DNA of 64,000 bases, from IMG/VR virus record IMGVR_UViG_3300020045_012956, positions 1 to 64,000 of that record; one strand, 5' to 3'. Below are positions 61,727 to 64,000 of the stretch, piece after piece; positions within the stretch are counted from its first letter, which is position 1, and each line of letters begins with the position of its first letter. Position numbers and translations under genes: made by a program. Source of the stretch: a virus. Its lineage: Duplodnaviria > Heunggongvirae > Uroviricota > Caudoviricetes. The notes under the pieces are model-generated. The model did not search any database, was not told the DNA's origin, and saw only the letters and a list, made by a program, of their open reading frames with translations.

Positions 61727-63034
61727 ATGGTAAAAATAGTTAAAATTCTAGTTAAGAACCTAAAAGCAATTAAAGAACAAGAATTGATTTTAGATGGATG
61801 CAGCGTAATTGTTACGGCTGGCAATGGTAAAGGTAAAACAACTTTGTTAAAATCTTTATTTGATAGAATCAAAGGAGAAAAGAACGAAAATATTTTAAGA
61901 ACTGGAGAAAGTGAAGGCTCGCAAAGTATTGATTTTAATGATGGTAATAAGTTAGAATGGAAAGTAACTGATAAAACAGAATCATTTATTTTAACTACTA
62001 AAGAAGGGTTAAAAGTTAAATCTATTAAGCAAATTAAAGAACTTTATTTTGGAAATGAAAACTTTGATATTAATGAGTTTTTAGAGTTATCAAGTTCAAA
62101 ACAAGCTGAAAAGTTAATGAAAGTTTTGAATATTGATTTAACAGAATTAGAATCAAAATATAAAGAAGCTTACGAAAAAAGAAAAGAAGCTAATTATGAA
62201 TTTGATGCTTTAACTAAAAACAAAGTTGAAAAACCTTTGGAGGTTGAAAAACCTGAAATTGAATCAATTAAAAAGCAAATTTTAGATGCTAAAAAGGAAA
62301 ATTCCAAATTGATGCAAGAATTTGAAATGGAATGCGACAAAGTAACAGATAAAATTGACTTATATAATTCAATTCAATCTGAAAAAAGCGAAATTAGAAT
62401 AAAATATAAAAATGACTATGATAGTGTTATTGAATTTCTAAAGAGTAGTTATTTTTCTGATTGTTTTGATCGTGAAAAAGCTTATCAAATGATTGAAGAA
62501 TTGCCAGAACCTGATGAATTATCTGCATATCCAGATTTTGAAAGCCCAAAATTAATAGATATTGAAAAACTAGAATCAAAATTAAACGGTGCTTATCAAG
62601 AATTAAGTAAATTTGAACTTTACGAATTCCAACTTACTCAATATAATGAATGGGTTGAAAAAGGTAAAAAAGCACGTGAGTTAAAAGATTCTTTAGATGT
62701 TGAAGTAAAAGCAATTGAAAAACAAAAACGTGAAATTCTTGAATCTGCTAATTTGCCAGAAGGGTTTAGTTTTAATGAATCTGAATTACTTTACAATAAC
62801 TATCCTTTAGATAAAAAATCACAGTCAACATCTGCTTTATACATTGCAGGATTAAAACTTGCAACTATCAACTTAGGAACCTTAAAAACTATTCACTTTG
62901 AAGCTAGTGCACTTGATAAAGAAAGCTTAAATAGTGTTTATGAATATGCAAAAACTAAAAACTTACAATTATTTATTGAACGTCCCGACTTTGAAGGTGG
63001 AGAAATTCAATACAAAGTAATTGAAGAAAAATAA
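61727..63034 (+). CDS. SMC/ABC-type ATPase (Rad50/SbcC/RecF-like N-terminus)
   Basis: N-terminal 'LVKNLKAIKEQELILDGCSVIVTAGNGKGKTTLLKSL' (Walker A), central coiled coil, and C-terminal 'TIHFEASALD' (Walker B/D-loop-like). Confidence 0.5.
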   Translation: MVKIVKILVKNLKAIKEQELILDGCSVIVTAGNGKGKTTLLKSLFDRIKGEKNENILRTGESEGSQSIDFNDGNKLEWKVTDKTESFILTTKEGLKVKSIKQIKELYFGNENFDINEFLELSSSKQAEKLMKVLNIDLTELESKYKEAYEKRKEANYEFDALTKNKVEKPLEVEKPEIESIKKQILDAKKENSKLMQEFEMECDKVTDKIDLYNSIQSEKSEIRIKYKNDYDSVIEFLKSSYFSDCFDREKAYQMIEELPEPDELSAYPDFESPKLIDIEKLESKLNGAYQELSKFELYEFQLTQYNEWVEKGKKARELKDSLDVEVKAIEKQKREILESANLPEGFSFNESELLYNNYPLDKKSQSTSALYIAGLKLATINLGTLKTIHFEASALDKESLNSVYEYAKTKNLQLFIERPDFEGGEIQYKVIEEK

Positions 63035-63066
63035 AAAACCATTCTCTTAAAAATTTCTTTAATTAT

Positions 63067-63094
63067 AACACTGATATTTTTCAGTGTTTTTTTT
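63067..63094 (+). terminator. rho-independent terminator
   Basis: Hairpin aacactga-tattttt-tcagtgtt followed by 'tttttttt', then the -7 box 'TACTTTTG'. Confidence 0.55.
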
Positions 63095-63115
63095 CGTACT
63101 TTTGCAAAAAAAAGC

Positions 63116-64000
63116 ATGTTAACACAAACAGGATTCAGAATAAATACTTATGTTGATGAAACTTACGGTTTTCCATCAAATGCAATAGATTCAATAAGTG
63201 GGTTAATGATTGGAGAAATTCAAATAGATTCTGATATTCCAATAGGAACTTATGGTGATATTTATATTAAACCTGCTTTTTTCCTATCCATTGGAGATAA
63301 TACATTAACTAATACAAGTGCAATTAACCAGCCTTATTATTACTATTCTTACAATGTTAGCACCGTTTTAGGTACACCCTACGACGTTCCAATTTCAGGA
63401 ATAGAATTTAATAAGTGCAAAATGAAAGTAACACTTTCAAATAATGCGGGCAATGTTAAAATAACTGTAAATCTATGGTGGCAAATGACAGAAGATAATA
63501 ACAGTTATTTAACAAATGTTGTTCAAACAATTAGACAATTAAGTTATAATAATAGTGTTAATTCACTGAAATTTGATAACTCAGGACAAAGTGTTTATAG
63601 TGCTGCAAAAGATATGGTTTGTGCTATTTGGTTTGTTGAAACAACAACAAACACAAATCATTTTATTAAAGCAAACTATCAAAATAGTGTTAATACATTA
63701 GGTGCACCCGCTTTTAAGCATGGTTTTTACAATCCAACTACTGGAGTCGATGGTAGTGTTTATAATGGTTCAATCGTAGTTAAAAGGGGCGGAAATCCTT
63801 ATTCTTACTTCAATGTTGGAGTTTCAAATATTGAGTTTAATTTTACAAGGGCAGATACAACAGCATTAACTTACATCATAGTTCAAATTATTAATGAATC
63901 TGAATTGTATCAATCAAATGTTACTTATTCTCAAAACTTAAAACAAATTTGTTTAGGTTCGACAGCCGACCCCGTGCCAAACTTTGCACAAATACCAAAC
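63116..64000 (+). CDS. 3'-truncated structural-type protein that runs off the window end
   Basis: The frame is open from the ATG at 63116 for 295 codons with no stop. Beta-rich Asn/Thr/Ser/Tyr composition; late-type promoter context. Confidence 0.4.
   Translation, partial: MLTQTGFRINTYVDETYGFPSNAIDSISGLMIGEIQIDSDIPIGTYGDIYIKPAFFLSIGDNTLTNTSAINQPYYYYSYNVSTVLGTPYDVPISGIEFNKCKMKVTLSNNAGNVKITVNLWWQMTEDNNSYLTNVVQTIRQLSYNNSVNSLKFDNSGQSVYSAAKDMVCAIWFVETTTNTNHFIKANYQNSVNTLGAPAFKHGFYNPTTGVDGSVYNGSIVVKRGGNPYSYFNVGVSNIEFNFTRADTTALTYIIVQIINESELYQSNVTYSQNLKQICLGSTADPVPNFAQIPN

Noticed and set aside
1-64000. CRISPR array, reverse transcriptase (retron or diversity-generating retroelement), transposase or insertion sequence
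   Set aside because: There is no regularly spaced repeat-spacer array. No YxDD reverse-transcriptase motif or DDE/HUH transposase signature was seen in any frame. The repeats present are iterons, promoter copies or protein-coding repeats.

Overview
This window reads as an AT-rich (about 30% GC) double-stranded DNA tailed phage genome, or most of one, from a Bacteroidetes/Flavobacteriia-type host. Promoters follow the Bacteroidetes pattern (a TAnnTTTG -7 box with a TTTG-containing -33 box) and genes lack Shine-Dalgarno sites. Genes are tightly packed, almost all on the plus strand, and often overlap by the four bases ATGA.

Layout: a structural/late module appears to wrap across the window ends (63116 to the end, then 1 to about 21000). 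It holds tail fibre-like proteins, a YiiX-type peptidase, RusA, tRNA-Met, a putative major virion protein, membrane proteins, Bro-N, a minus-strand accessory island with a Dcd-like deaminase, the large terminase, NinB, a -1 frameshift candidate and a TP901-type tape measure protein of 1424 aa. An early/replication module runs from about 21000 to 63000 and is driven by at least 12 copies of one conserved early promoter (TTGTATTACA-N10-TAACTTTGCA). It contains tRNA-like genes, SSB-tail proteins, an SPFH lipoprotein, a GIY-YIG endonuclease, a T5orf172 protein, a HigA-like HTH protein, ERF, ThyX, a replisome-organizer with internal iterons, a primase, an HNH endonuclease, a DnaB/RecA-type ATPase, an SNF2 helicase split by a LAGLIDADG intein, a DNA methyltransferase, a GNAT acetyltransferase, a second tRNA cluster and an SMC/ABC-type ATPase.

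No integrase, reverse transcriptase or CRISPR array was found.

The points most worth a second look are the non-canonical tRNA-like genes (one with a ~110 nt insertion where the anticodon arm should be, one with a GNRA tetraloop instead of an anticodon loop), the intein in the helicase P-loop, a conserved two-hairpin leader upstream of two late genes, the T10 frameshift site, SSB-like C-terminal tails on two small proteins, and the minus-strand accessory island.

Everything is inferred by eye from motifs and sequence patterns; no database search or folding was run.
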